From NCBI GenBank assembly GCA_907165135.1, contig OU015566.1:11780001-11844000 (forward strand): 64,000 nt of DNA, given 5' to 3'. Below are positions 52,274-64,000 of this stretch, one piece after another. Position numbers and translations under genes: made by a program. The notes under the pieces are model-generated. The model was not told the DNA's origin. It saw only the letters and a program-made list of their open reading frames with translations, and searched no databases. The stretch's first letter is position 1. Each line of letters begins with the position of its first letter. This stretch comes from Oikopleura dioica (lineage: Eukaryota > Animalia > Chordata).

Positions 52274-54208
52274 TTAGAAAAATTCGAATTCGACAGGGAA
52301 GTGATCGGAAATTAGATCGGTGATTGGATCATCTTCGTAAAAAATATTATCAGTGTCAAAGTGAGTCTGGAAGTCGAAGACTCCAGAGCTAGCGACGTTG
52401 TTTCTGACATCTCCGTAGAGCACAATGTGGTCATAAGCACAGTTAGTCGCTGAAACAGTAGTATCGGCGTCAAAAGGGATGAGCCAGTCATTTGTTGGTT
52501 CAGTGAAGAGATCAAGGCTTTCTGGATCGGCAACGTAAGTGCAATCAGCATTGAAGTCACCTACAACAAGGACATCGACAAGATCCGCGTGCTTGACCAG
52601 AAGATCGTCGTAGACATCCTGTAAGTGATTGATTTCGTCCTCCGTGACCATGTTTGTCGAGCCAGAAGCGGGCTTCAAGTGGACTGAAATGATGCCAAAT
52701 TTTTGCGTCTTGAACTGTGCACGTTTTTCGCTGGCTCGCTCAAGAACGAGAACAGTAGGAGGTCGCTCGAACCACAGAGTGGCAGAATCGTCAAAATCGT
52801 ACCCGTCAATTTTTGTGAATTGACTTCGATTCCAAATGAAGCCGATTTGTTCCTTGCTGCTTGAGCTACCTTGCCTCTCGCCTGTCCAGGAGTCGTAGAT
52901 GTCATTGACAGCGTTGATGTCTGCAACGAGATTTGGAAACGCGGTTTCTGTTGCATCTCGAATTTCCTGGAAAAGTTTGTATTTTGGATCAAGTTAATGG
53001 TTACCTGTATCGTTGCAATATCATATCTAGTTAAAATCTGAATGATTTGATCTTTAACTTCCGTCTTGCCATATTTTGTTGTTCCGAAAACCTCGATATT
53101 AAAACTAGCGACTAAAAAGAGTGTTCGAAAATTTGAAGACAAGTTATCTTACATTTAGTTGGTGGAGGATTGAGGTATGTGCAGAATTCATCGTTTCCAG
53201 CACAGAAACAAGAATGGCGTTCATGAAAGAATTCAGCTGTGATGGCATTATTTTCAGCATAATTTTTGACATCTGTGCCGCCATCAGCAGATTCAAGGGC
53301 GAAAATGAGCGCAATTTTGTCGCCAAGCTCTAATGATTCGAATCCGGGCTTTGAGTTTAATCGAACAAGTGTTTGGGAGTTTTGATTGTCTCTAAATAAA
53401 TCTGATACTTCTAGTCGAGCAAAGGTTGAAACAGTCACATCTTCCGGCAAAACAGTCGGGAAAAGAAGCAGGAAAGAGTAACCATTTGTCGCTAAGAGAT
53501 GTTAGCGCGTCTTTCAAAAAATAATAAATATTATTATTACCGGTAATTACCGGCAGTTGATGACTTTGATGAGTTGTCAACAAGCATGTTAAAAAGAGCA
53601 AAGGTTGAGCTGGCTTCGGCATATGGAGTTCCATAATTTCTCCTCAAATTGTACTTCTGAAGCGTATGCCCAATCTTGAGAGACGGTTTGAGGCAGCATC
53701 CGAAATCAGCGTCGCATTCTGCCGGAAGAATCAAATCATCGTTGTAGAAATCGAAGCCAGAGGAGCATTGAACATTGCAATCTTTATTGTTTGCTGCGTT
53801 GCCTTTTTGATTCTTTTTGAAGTTGATTTCTCCGAGACAATTATTGCATCTCTTGCATCCTTCCGGTTTCGGGCTAGATAAAACTTATATTTAGTACGAG
53901 GCCTGTCTTACGCAGTAAGAAGATTTCCAAGAAAATCGTTGTTATGGCAAACTTCCGCACACTTATTCTTTTGTGCTTTTTTACAGCTCCATTTATCATC
54001 TCCACAAATTGCGTCAAATTCTACGTTCAGTCTCTGAACAGATCCCAAGATCATTCAAATTTGTTGTCAGATTGGGTACCTTATGGATGCATGAACCTCT
54101 GGAAGAAGACCCTGACTTCAATCCTGAATAGATTTGTTTTCTTGAATATTTCTCTAAATAAGGTTTACTACCATGGGACGAAGAGATAAGAAACGACAGA
54201 AGTTTCAT
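52274..54208 (-). CDS. DNase I family endonuclease with a long Cys-rich N-terminal extension
   Basis: ASFNIEVFG, IQEIRD, KEQIGF, FERPP, ISVHLKP, GDFNADC, CAYDHIV, ISDHFPVEF; upstream exons splice in phase to MKLLSFLISS. Confidence 0.88.
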
Positions 54209-54410
54209 TGTGAAACAAGAATTCAGAAATGCTAGACTGAGGTTATCCTCTCAGAACATCAGACAAGATGCACCAGTGCCCCGATTTAATCTTATTAGAA
54301 AAAATATTTATCTTTGACGCTAGATATTTATACGAGAATGAAAACTTGAGCATTTTTGCTGTTTTAAATTATTTATTATCAAAAATATTTTTTCGTACGA
54401 AGTTACAGAA

Positions 54411-57400
54411 TCATTTTAATGTTCTTCTCAGTGAAGAGCTGTGGGCGATGAGGTCGTCAACATTATCAGGTGGATCTTGGCGCAGACTTTGGGAAAGCAA
54501 ATTTGATTTGAAGTCGGTTGAGTAGCTGGAGTCCACTGGTGGCAATGACGTTGACAGTGTTTTTGAAGCGAATGCTACTCCTTGAAAATTTATGATTTTG
54601 CATTTCAAGTTTTTTACCATTTGGCGAAGTCAGAAAAAATGCATCGTCGAGAACAGAATATAGTTTTTTCCTTGTCTCTTCTAGGTCCTTATGCGCCTGA
54701 TAAAATGATAAGAGAGCCTTTATTTATTCCTTACTGTAGTTTCAAGTGGCAGCCTTGGATTCCTGCTTCTGTCCTTTATTGAAAAGGTTCCCTCTGGCGA
54801 CCCTAAAGACGAAATGGCCGAGTCCACTCTTGATTGTAACTCTTTATAGTGTTGCCATTTCACTGAGCTTCCCGCTGTTGCTAAAATACTCGATTAATTT
54901 TACTGCCCATACATTTTTTTCAATGCAAAGTAAACTTACTGTCCTCATTGGAAGTCTTTTCTAATGGTTCTTTGATGGGAGGCATTCTCAAATAGCTACT
55001 GCTTTTGGGCGCGAGGGATGGCGCCGGGTACCTTAAATTATTTAGCAAAAGAAAAAAGAAGGCAACGGATACTTGATTGGCGGCTGTTGTCGAAGCATTT
55101 CTGCCTGTCTTGCCGACAAAAATTCATCTGTCCAGCTTGGTGAAGTCTGCGTCGCTCCAACATGATAAACTGTCGCTAATGGCAAATCATCGTTTTCAGG
55201 CTCCCGCTCAAGATAATCTAGCGAGTCGTCAAAGTCTGACATGGAACTTGTTATCGATTGCGAATGTTTGTATTCTGTCATCTTCAAACCATCCTCCACG
55301 GTAACTGAAATGAACTTATGACGATTTATTCCTATTTTTGTTTGGCAAATAATGTTTTATCGAAAATCAAAACAGCACTAATTTGAAATCAAGGACGAGT
55401 ACCTGTATCATCCATTTTTCCTACTATTCCTCGCTTTGGTTTAGGAGGGGGTTTTTGCGGATCAATGTTTTGCTCAGCGGATGGTTGTCTTGAAACAGGC
55501 GGAAGAGAAGGTTGAATCGCAAGTGGTGGGAGAGACGATTCTGATTCAGAGTCAGTCTCATAGCTTGAGCTTTCCTCAACTCTCGGCTTTGGTTGAGGGG
55601 GTAGAGGGGCGGGCTGAATATTTTCTTCTTGGAATTGCCGTTCTTGCTGCTTTTGACTGTAGCAATTTCCCATTATAAAGCACCAACAACCGATTACTAC
55701 GCCACCGCAGATTATTCCGATGAGGAGCTTTTTTAGTTTTCAAGGATATTTTAAGAGCTTTTAAAATAATTTTAACCGACTCTCATAATTTAAAAATTGC
55801 AAATCGCACTTGAAAACCATTCCCAAATAACCGAAAATGTTTCATTGCAATCAGGACAGTCTCTTGGCTTCTGACTTGGTCTCTTTGTCGTCAAGAAGCG
55901 GCCGCTAATAAAGATGAGAAAATATTATAAAAATAAAAATGTTTAAGCTCCGATTTGTGTGTATTTTTTGGATCTTTCAGAAAGTGAAACGGCGCGACGT
56001 AGCAACCAATTTCTTTCTTTCATCTAATGTTCAGAATGTTTGAGCACTACTAAAATTGAGCTCGCTATTCTGTAAAGGGGACACTTGAATGGGTTTAGGC
56101 ACACAGTTTACTGGGAGTGTTACTCACCCTGGACAGGATTGGGACTGATTGCTGGGCTCTGTGGGAATTTTCAAGAGAAATATTAATATTTTCTGAAGAA
56201 AAAAATATTGAGCTAGTTTTTTGAAAATTCTACTCTTGTGGAAATGTTGTCGATTCGCCCGGATTTTCGTTTTCTTTTGAGAAAATTTTCAACGAAATTC
56301 TAAAAACTCTATCTCTTTATAAAATTTGACTCCTGACTGTCCCGGCGATTGTAGTATTTCTTATTGCTTCCGTTGTGGCATTATTAAAATCTGACGTCGA
56401 CGGCGTATTAGTTTCTGATGCTTCTTTGTCCTTGACAGTAACTTCTGAAATTGTAAATTGTTCTGTCGGGGATTCTTTTGTTGCCTCAGCGGTGAAATCA
56501 GAAGAGTAAATCGTAGTAGAGGCTAATATTGACTCCGTATAGAAAGTTTCAGCGGCGGTAGTGATTGTGTCAATCTTTGTCTTTTCCGTTTTCAGAGACT
56601 CTGTTGAAACACCTGTGATTTCTGAAGTTGACACATCCGGACTCATTGGCACATCTGTACTCAAAAATATTTCCGACTCTGCTGTTGTCGATGTCAAAGC
56701 CTTTGGAGTTGTTGCAACAGCAGCTGACTCTGAACTTAGCGAACCGGTAGTTTGCTGCTCTGCATTTGTCGTATTCAGAAAAACTAAGTTTGACGGGCTT
56801 GTTGTCGAGTCTTCAGTTGTTGATTCGTCTTCCCTAGCTGTTGAAATCATTGACGAAGTTTCAAGAGTTTCTGCTGTAGATGTTATTAATGTTGGTGAGA
56901 GTGTTGAGCTCATCGTTACGGGCAAATTTTCAGTAGAAACTGATGTTGTCGATGGAGAAGTAAAATCGATAGAGGAAGAAGTTGTTGAAGTCGAAGTCGA
57001 AGAAGGCTCAGTTATCGTTTGATCAATACGAAAGGTAGAAGTCGATACTTCGGATGTTACTGGAGACGGTGTTGAAAGAATCGTTGTTGATGAGTCTTCA
57101 ATTTTCGATGTTATTACAGAAAGACTTGTAGCATTGACAGTGTAGCTTTCATCATTAATATAATCCGCGCTAACAGTGTGTGATCCTGTAGAAAAGTCAA
57201 GGAATGAGGTAGTATTAACTAAATCGAAGCTGTTTTCTTCCGTCGTTGTCATCGTGGCAGCTAGGACAGTTGACGTAGAAAAATCTTCAGGTGACTTTAG
57301 GGTGGTAGTACCGGTCACAGTTCTTGATTTATCGCCAATTATACCGGTAGTTGCATTTTCGCTGGCAAATACACCCTCTCCACTTGCTTCATTGATCTCA

Positions 57401-58812
57401 GGTTCAGCATTGAAATCCACTGATATATGATCGAAATTTTGGGTCGCAGTTATCATCGTTGACTCGGTGGTTATATCATCAAGAGAGCCTGTTGTAATGT
57501 CGTCAATTGTCGTAAAATTTGCTTTGAAGAAGGTTTTTGAAATGTAACAAAAGTTTGGATTCTTGAAACCTGCCCGACTTTTGAAATTCGAATATTCAAA
57601 AAACCCGTGCCTAAGAATTTTTCCGTTGTCCCATCTGTCGTATCAATCACATCGTTTCTTGTACCTTCTGTCGTTTCATCTGGTCTTGTTGATAACGATT
57701 CTGATGATGTGGCACTTTCATTGGCCATCTGAAACTTTGTCGTCTCAGAGACTGGAGCAATTGTGGTGGCTTCCTTTTCGACCTTAGACAATTGTGTTTG
57801 GTTTGAGATTTCCCACGTTGGCTCAAGAGCTGAAACCGATGTGCTCGTTAAGTCTTCAGCAGCGGAAGTAAAACTGGAAGTTATGGTGCCGGCTGTTTTG
57901 AGAATTTCCGTCGAGTTTGTGACTTTTTCGTCTCGTTCATCATTGTCGTTCTGATAATCTGGGGTCGTGTTCAAGGTGGCGTGTCTCTCCGTGCCCGTGC
58001 TGGGCGCTGGGGTGGCCACGGATGTTGATGATAAAAAGTGGGGCTCCGTAGAGTTTATTTTTGGAGCTTGAGTTGTTGTTTCTTCCGGAAAAGTTCCCAT
58101 CTCAATTGAAGAAATATCAGCATCTTTGTTCAATGATTTTTCCCCAGAATTCGAACTGATTGGTACTCGGTCAGCAATTGTGCTCAATAAGGGGTTATAA
58201 ATTGCCGTCATCGTGGAAATATTCTGCTCAGATCCAAGAATCTCATCTCCAGTTCCCACCGGTTCTATTAATGACGTTTCAGGAGCAATGCTCGTTATCG
58301 CACTTGTTTCTGAATTCATAGACGTTGTAGATGACATCATCGCCGTCCAGGGTGGCTCTGTTGTCGCGCCGACTGTGGAATAAAACGAATCACTGACGGT
58401 GTCATTCTCAGATGTCTCCAAAGACGGTAAAGTGGAAGTAGTAGCTGATGAAATATCTCTGTCTGTCGAAGTGTAATTATCGGCAATCTTTTCCGCCACT
58501 GTCGTCAATTCATTGTAGCTGGAAGTTGTTTTTTCCAACTGAGTGGATATTGAGGACGTTTCAAGCAGGGGCGTTTGTAGATTCTCCTTGCTTGTTTCCA
58601 GATCTACATTTTCGTCACCAGGGCCAACGTTGATGATGATGTTGATGTTGTTTATCACTCGCGGGTCATTTTCATTCGATCCAGGTAGCCGCAGCTGATA
58701 AGTCAGTTGATAGAAAATGACGTAAAAATAAGTATGAACAAACCTGGATATTATAATCCTTTTCTAACGGCAGCCCAAACGCAAGAGGCCACACAAACTG
58801 AGCCAAGAGCAT
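54411..58812 (-). CDS. Mucin-like single-pass membrane glycoprotein
   Basis: Signal peptide MLLAQFVWPLAFG; more than 750 aa S/T-rich ectodomain; TM LLIGIICGGVVIGCWCFIM (~55670-55730); Pro-rich cytoplasmic exons. The 3' end is approximate. Confidence 0.75.
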
Positions 58813-59659
58813 TTTAGGAGGTAAATAAATCCGACTTCTTCATCTTCAACTTTTAATCTCTGTTTTCGAGCTTCGAAAAGTGAAAAAAATCCAATTTCAT
58901 TTTTCTCTCTCAAGTGCGGCACTTCTCATCTGTGTTAAGATCCGCAACAGGATCATCCGCAAAATACCAGACAGAGAAAAAACGAGAGAAGAAAGAAGGG
59001 ACGATTATGTATTACCGGGAGCCCTGCATTGGCCGGCATGAGGATGAATTTTTAAATTTGGCTGCTCAAGAATTTATTCATGCAGCGCCAGAAACGCCAT
59101 CAATGAACGTTGGAACGAGTCAGATTTTGCTAGCTGGGTGGATACGGTGAACCTGTATCAAAATAGAAATGGTTCGCTTCAGGTGCTGGATACAACAGTA
59201 TCAATTGGCGACAAGGGCTTGAAGATGAAGATGGCTAGGAATAGAATGATGCTGGGACTTTCGGAGGGATTTGAAGCTAAGCAAGTAGAAGAATGCTTCT
59301 AGAATGTCTTAAATTTTTAATAGGGCCGTCAGTTCTTGAGGAAATGAATATCTGTTCTTTCATTTTTTTTCTATTTGAAGAGAGGCTGTTCCATCTTGGC
59401 CCTAGAGTTCAGTACTGGGCCAAATAAGGATCATGGGTAGGGTGAGCACACTTGTCAATTGGTGCGTAGGAGGCGAGCGCAAGGCGGCGCATCGTTGGCT
59501 GGCTCAGAACTCAGACCAGCTTCAATTCGAATTCAGAGCACAAAGAAAGAAACTCGCAACTTTTTGGAACTAACGAGTCTAACCAGAGATCTGTCAGCAT
59601 AAAGAGTGTCAAGAGCTTTTTAGAAGAAACTAATGTTGAATTATTTAGAGAGTTGGAAT

Positions 59660-60451
59660 ATGCCGTTTCGAACGATTCAATACGACCACGATTTAATGGT
59701 AAATAAGAAATGTTGCCACACCTACTTTTTTCTCAAAGAATATTTGCCGATCAATGAGGCCAGATGACACGATCCTCGTTGATTCCATTCTCAAAGGAGC
59801 GGATCTTTGTCGACGGCGGGAGAATCAAGGAAGGTTGAGAAAAGTCCATTGTTCTAGATAAACAGGAAGGCTTTTTTGCCCGATGTTTCACTAAACAAAC
59901 AATGAATGCAGTAGTTTTTATGATGAAATTTCGCGCCATTGAAATCTCAACTCTCCAAAGTCAATTCCTACCGTGAGATTCCCTTCCAAACTGAACCAAA
60001 TACAAGCCGACGTCCAGAAGCGCGAAGCTTCGATCCCTTCCACTCTGGTTTCAATCCCGAAGCTGATCCGATCATTCCCACCAGCGAAGAATACCCTCTC
60101 CGAGGCGAAATCAGCCCAACTTTGCCCCGACGATCGATTGTAGAATCCTCGGATTCTTCCTCCGACGATGAAAAATTCCGCCACAAACCCTGGATCACCG
60201 AAAACATTCTCGGTAAGCGCAAATCGCAACGATCCTTTTCTAATGGCAAAATAGAAATGATTGTTGTCCGGGATCGACTTTACCAGAAAATGAAAACGAA
60301 CCCCTGCGCAGAGACTTCGCAGACATACAAAAAGGTGCGTAACATGGTGGTAAGCATGACGCGCAATGCCAAGCGGGCCTTTGAAAAACGCTCTCAGAAA
60401 CAGGCACCCAATTTTAGATCTAAGCACAGCCTGCCTAAAAAGCATCACTAG
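59660..60451 (+). CDS. Small orphan protein containing a LINE ORF2-like linker motif
   Basis: After removing intron 60213-60254: KPWITENILEMIVVRDRLYQKMKTNPCAETSQTYKKVRNMVVSMTRNAKRAF. The 5' exons are not fully resolved. Confidence 0.6.
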
Positions 60452-62944
60452 TTTAACCTTTCTTCCTCTGTTCAATCTTTCTTAACAATTCAAAAAAGAA
60501 AACAAATATAGAAATTTCCTGTATTAAAACAACTAAATTCATAAATAACAATTTTTATGTCCGCCATGTTATATTTATCTTACTACTTTTCTACTTCTGC
60601 CCATTTGCTGGAAAATGTTTCCAGGCCTAAACAAAAGTCCCTCTCTTTTTTTAAAGAAGAACTTGTATATTCTACTGTAATGTTTTGATCGGCAAACTGA
60701 TCATGTGACCTTTCGTATTTTTTTCATGTTCGTTTCTGAGATTCGTTTTTTCCAAAGTACCCTGCGCGGCTCTTTGCTGCTGATTGTAATTGCCGCCCCT
60801 GCTCGCTCCCGCCGACAGAAGAACACGTCCCTGACGAACAAAAAAACTGACACATTTATAGACTTTACCAAATGTGTTTGTTTGACGGGTTGATCGCGGT
60901 GATCCCCACGCATCCCTCTTCTGCCGTTCTGTCTGCCAGACAGTCTGTCCTAAGAAACGGTTGTCCGAGGAGCCAGTTTTGTTCAGTTTTAAGGCCACGT
61001 CGGACAACCAAAACGGTAGTTAGGAGGGACAAACGAAAACAACACAACAGAGATAGGAACTGTCCCGAGCGCGAGAGATTTAAGAAGAACCGCTCCGAGG
61101 ACTTAGATACAAAAAGATCACCAGGCAAATGTTCCAAATTACGGACTGTGTATCGCTTCAAAGCCTTGGTGTTTCTGAAAAGTTGAGCTTGAAGAAATGA
61201 CAGCGAAAGTTGTATAATTGAGTAGCTTCTTTTCTCAAGCCACTTCGCCAGACTCCGAGAGCTGAAGCCTAGTTTGTTGGATTTTTCTTGGGTTTTGAAA
61301 ATACCCAAGACGTAGACTGTAAACGGGACTAGTTATTATAAAATTCACGTCCAAATTCAAGTCCAGTTTTATGAACATTTCATAAGTCCGCACTAAAAAT
61401 CGCCAAAATAAAAGAAAAAAACTTTCCCTTTCCAAAATTTCTCCACTTAGGAAAGGCTTAAAAATGACTGACCGTTTTCAATCGAACAAGTCTCTAAGCC
61501 ACATCAAAGTCGCTTCTGTATCTGTATGTGTCAAAAAGCTTGAAAATCAGTCTCTCGGATAGTTTTATTTAATAACCTGTTGCAAACAAAATCATTGAAA
61601 TAAAAATATCATACTTCATTTGATAAAACTGCTGTCTTGTTGAGCATAATTGAATTCGACGGTTCCAATCAACCACAGGCCAAAATTATCGGCTCATCTC
61701 ATCTCATGCATCAATAAATAGATCTTGTCTTCCTTGATTTCCAGACGATAAATGACACATTAACGATGTGCCAAAAAAGCGTTGCTAGGACTGTAAATAA
61801 ACGTTTCAAGGAACAAAATTGTAGAATTGAGATCACTTGATAAAGTGTTTTTTTATTGTTATCATTGTAAATAAAATTGATAAAATAGAGTGTCTTTTGA
61901 TAAAAAAAAAGCTTTACCAGTTGTCAGAATAACGAAAAGAGTGCTATTTACTGCTCCTTTGAAGTGGTAGAAGGTCATGTTTTTGGCGTTGGGTTTCGGC
62001 GTTGTGAGGTGGCCTCCGTGCGGTTTTTCAACAGCCGCGCCACAACGCTTCAACACACACACACGCGCACAACGACTACCACACAACACGAGAAAGCGAC
62101 AGGTTTGAAACTCGATCGCTATCTCCCTCTCCCCGCACATCACGCACGCGTTTTCGATTTTTTTACAAACACGATAACATTTTTTCAAGCGCTAAAGATA
62201 AAGTTTAAATATTTTTTTATAAAAAAAAGAAGAAGAAAATAAAAATGTAGAGAGCTGTGGCGAAGAAGATCACATATAAAAATAACGTAAGATTAAAATA
62301 ATTAATTCAAGGAATAAAATTTCACTGACAGTACCTTCGGAACCAAAATTTAGGTTCAAGTTTACCGTGAAAATCCACTGAAAATGGATATAAGCCACTT
62401 AAATTTTAATAAATAATATTCATATCGTCTATAACAAAGATTGAGTTCACGTCAAAGATTATGGTTCTAGATATGTTCATTCTTCAAGAAAATATTCAAT
62501 AAATTGAATAACACGTGCATAAGTGCTAAAAACAGAACTTTCAGGAAAGTTGAATTTGTGTGAGCGGGAGAAAACGGCAAGTTGTTTGTTTTGATTTCTG
62601 AAGTCGATCGGCTGTGTGGCAACGTTGCTTTGTTTGCTATGTTTGGTTGTTGACGAGAGGACTCAAACTCAACAAGAAAGAAGAAAAAGAGAGATCCAAA
62701 ATCACCGTAACAAAGAGCGCGCTTTCTCTAATCTGCAAATTACAACAACAGAAGAAGATGGAAATTGACAGGAATCGGATTTAACAGCTTTGGTAGATAT
62801 TTCGGTCACCAAAATTTTTAATTTCATCGACCATCATTGACGTAAAATGAATATTTTTTGGAGACACATTTCTTGAGGCCCCAAAATCATAAAAAAACAA
62901 GAGGATCTAAAATCCAAAAATAAGCATATTTAAAATCGATGCAG

Positions 62945-64000
62945 CTGTAAAAGGTGCTCCGGACGGTGTCAAGTTTTTATCGACCGTCTTGAACAAGCAG
63001 CTAGGATTGAAATCGACTCATCTGCTGGACAAGGATGTTCTTTTTGGTAAGGCTAATTGTTTGTCGACAACATTCGAGGACATGGTTTATTTTAGATAGT
63101 GGCAAGATGGAGAAGCTGTTCCTCGACCATGTGTTGCTCCTCTGGAGCGTGAAGGAACGCGAGAGCTGGAGGGAGAAAGTTGAGGAGTATTTACGCGATC
63201 GATTGAAAAATATACCAGTGCTCAAGTACACGGATAAGCTCGGAAAACAGGCTGATGGAAACTGGGTCTTCTCGAACAAGGCTCAATTTTATTCCAATGG
63301 GTAAGCCGCACCTTATTTTGATCGAAGACAAATCCTAAAGCTCTTATATAGAGCTCAAATACCAGAAGACATGACTCAATTCTACCATCCATCGAGCCTC
63401 GACGAATCCTTCCCAAGAGAGTCTTCTCAAGAAGATCATCTCCGAAACTTTCTTCTTTCGGTTCGAAATGCCCACAATGGCTCGATTGCTCCAGCACTTC
63501 TCTTCTCTGCTTTCGTGTTGAAATTCCACGAGCCCGTTTTTGAAGTCTTGCGGTTATCCAGCGGTGCTGCGAAAGCCCCAAAATTTTTGTCGTCGAAGAA
63601 GGCTGGACTTCTATGTAAAAGCTTTTCGAACATCACGAGCATAAAGGATGGAGTCAATGTTGTTGAGAACGAAGAGCACATTGTCGATTTCTTGAATTCA
63701 AGCGATGGAGATGTTTTCGAAAACGTTTTGGTCGAGATTCCTTTTAGCGAAAACATGACAAGTTCCGCGAATTCAAAAGGTTTTTTCAATTCCCATGTTC
63801 GATCACTATCTAATTTTTTTTCAGAATTCGTCAAGAACTGGGTAAAATCACCAAGCTCCAAGTACAACTGCCTTTCACAACTCATCAAGCTTGAGAAGGC
63901 TCTCTCGGCTGACTCGTTTGACGAACGCTTCCGAGGATGGCTAGAGCTTATAAACAAAAAAGACAAAGAAATTAAGATCAATCTAGCGATTCTGTTTGCG
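62945..64000 (+). CDS. Uncharacterised multi-exon protein, runs off the window end; start unresolved
   Basis: Phase-compatible exons from 62945 (VKGAPDGVKFLSTVL...KYTDKLGKQADGNWVFSNKAQFYSNG...INLAILFA), open to base 64000. Confidence 0.65.

Noticed and set aside
56561-57430. Val/Ser-rich plus-strand ORFs
   Set aside because: Antisense shadows of the Thr/Ser-rich mucin exons.
60672-62242. Short overlapping ORFs on both strands
   Set aside because: Low-complexity and motif-free; more likely regulatory or UTR sequence.

Overview
Gene-dense eukaryotic genomic DNA with very short introns (mostly 30-110 nt), some GC/GA splice donors and operon-like spacing. These traits suggest the larvacean tunicate Oikopleura dioica or a close relative (inference, not shown directly). 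Manual splicing gives about 20 genes: ELMO, an orphan in a probable operon with OSTF1, a multicopper oxidase, an ER DnaJ ending in KDEL, a zinc-finger/BTB protein behind a 7 kb non-coding region, a tandem trypsin-like pair, PA28/PSME3, a kelch-like gene, a small His/Lys-rich secreted peptide, a repeat-rich secreted protein, CHP, two coiled-coil genes, muscle myosin heavy chain, an extended DNase I, a mucin-like membrane protein and two orphans. The most notable observations: a complete 564-bp hAT-type MITE inside a PA28 coding exon; two intron-containing genes apparently built from transposon domains (hAT-type Zn finger plus BTB; a LINE ORF2 linker motif); a protease pair with reciprocal lesions; and a 67-aa secreted peptide missed by the ORF track. 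All exon boundaries are hand-derived and need transcript confirmation.
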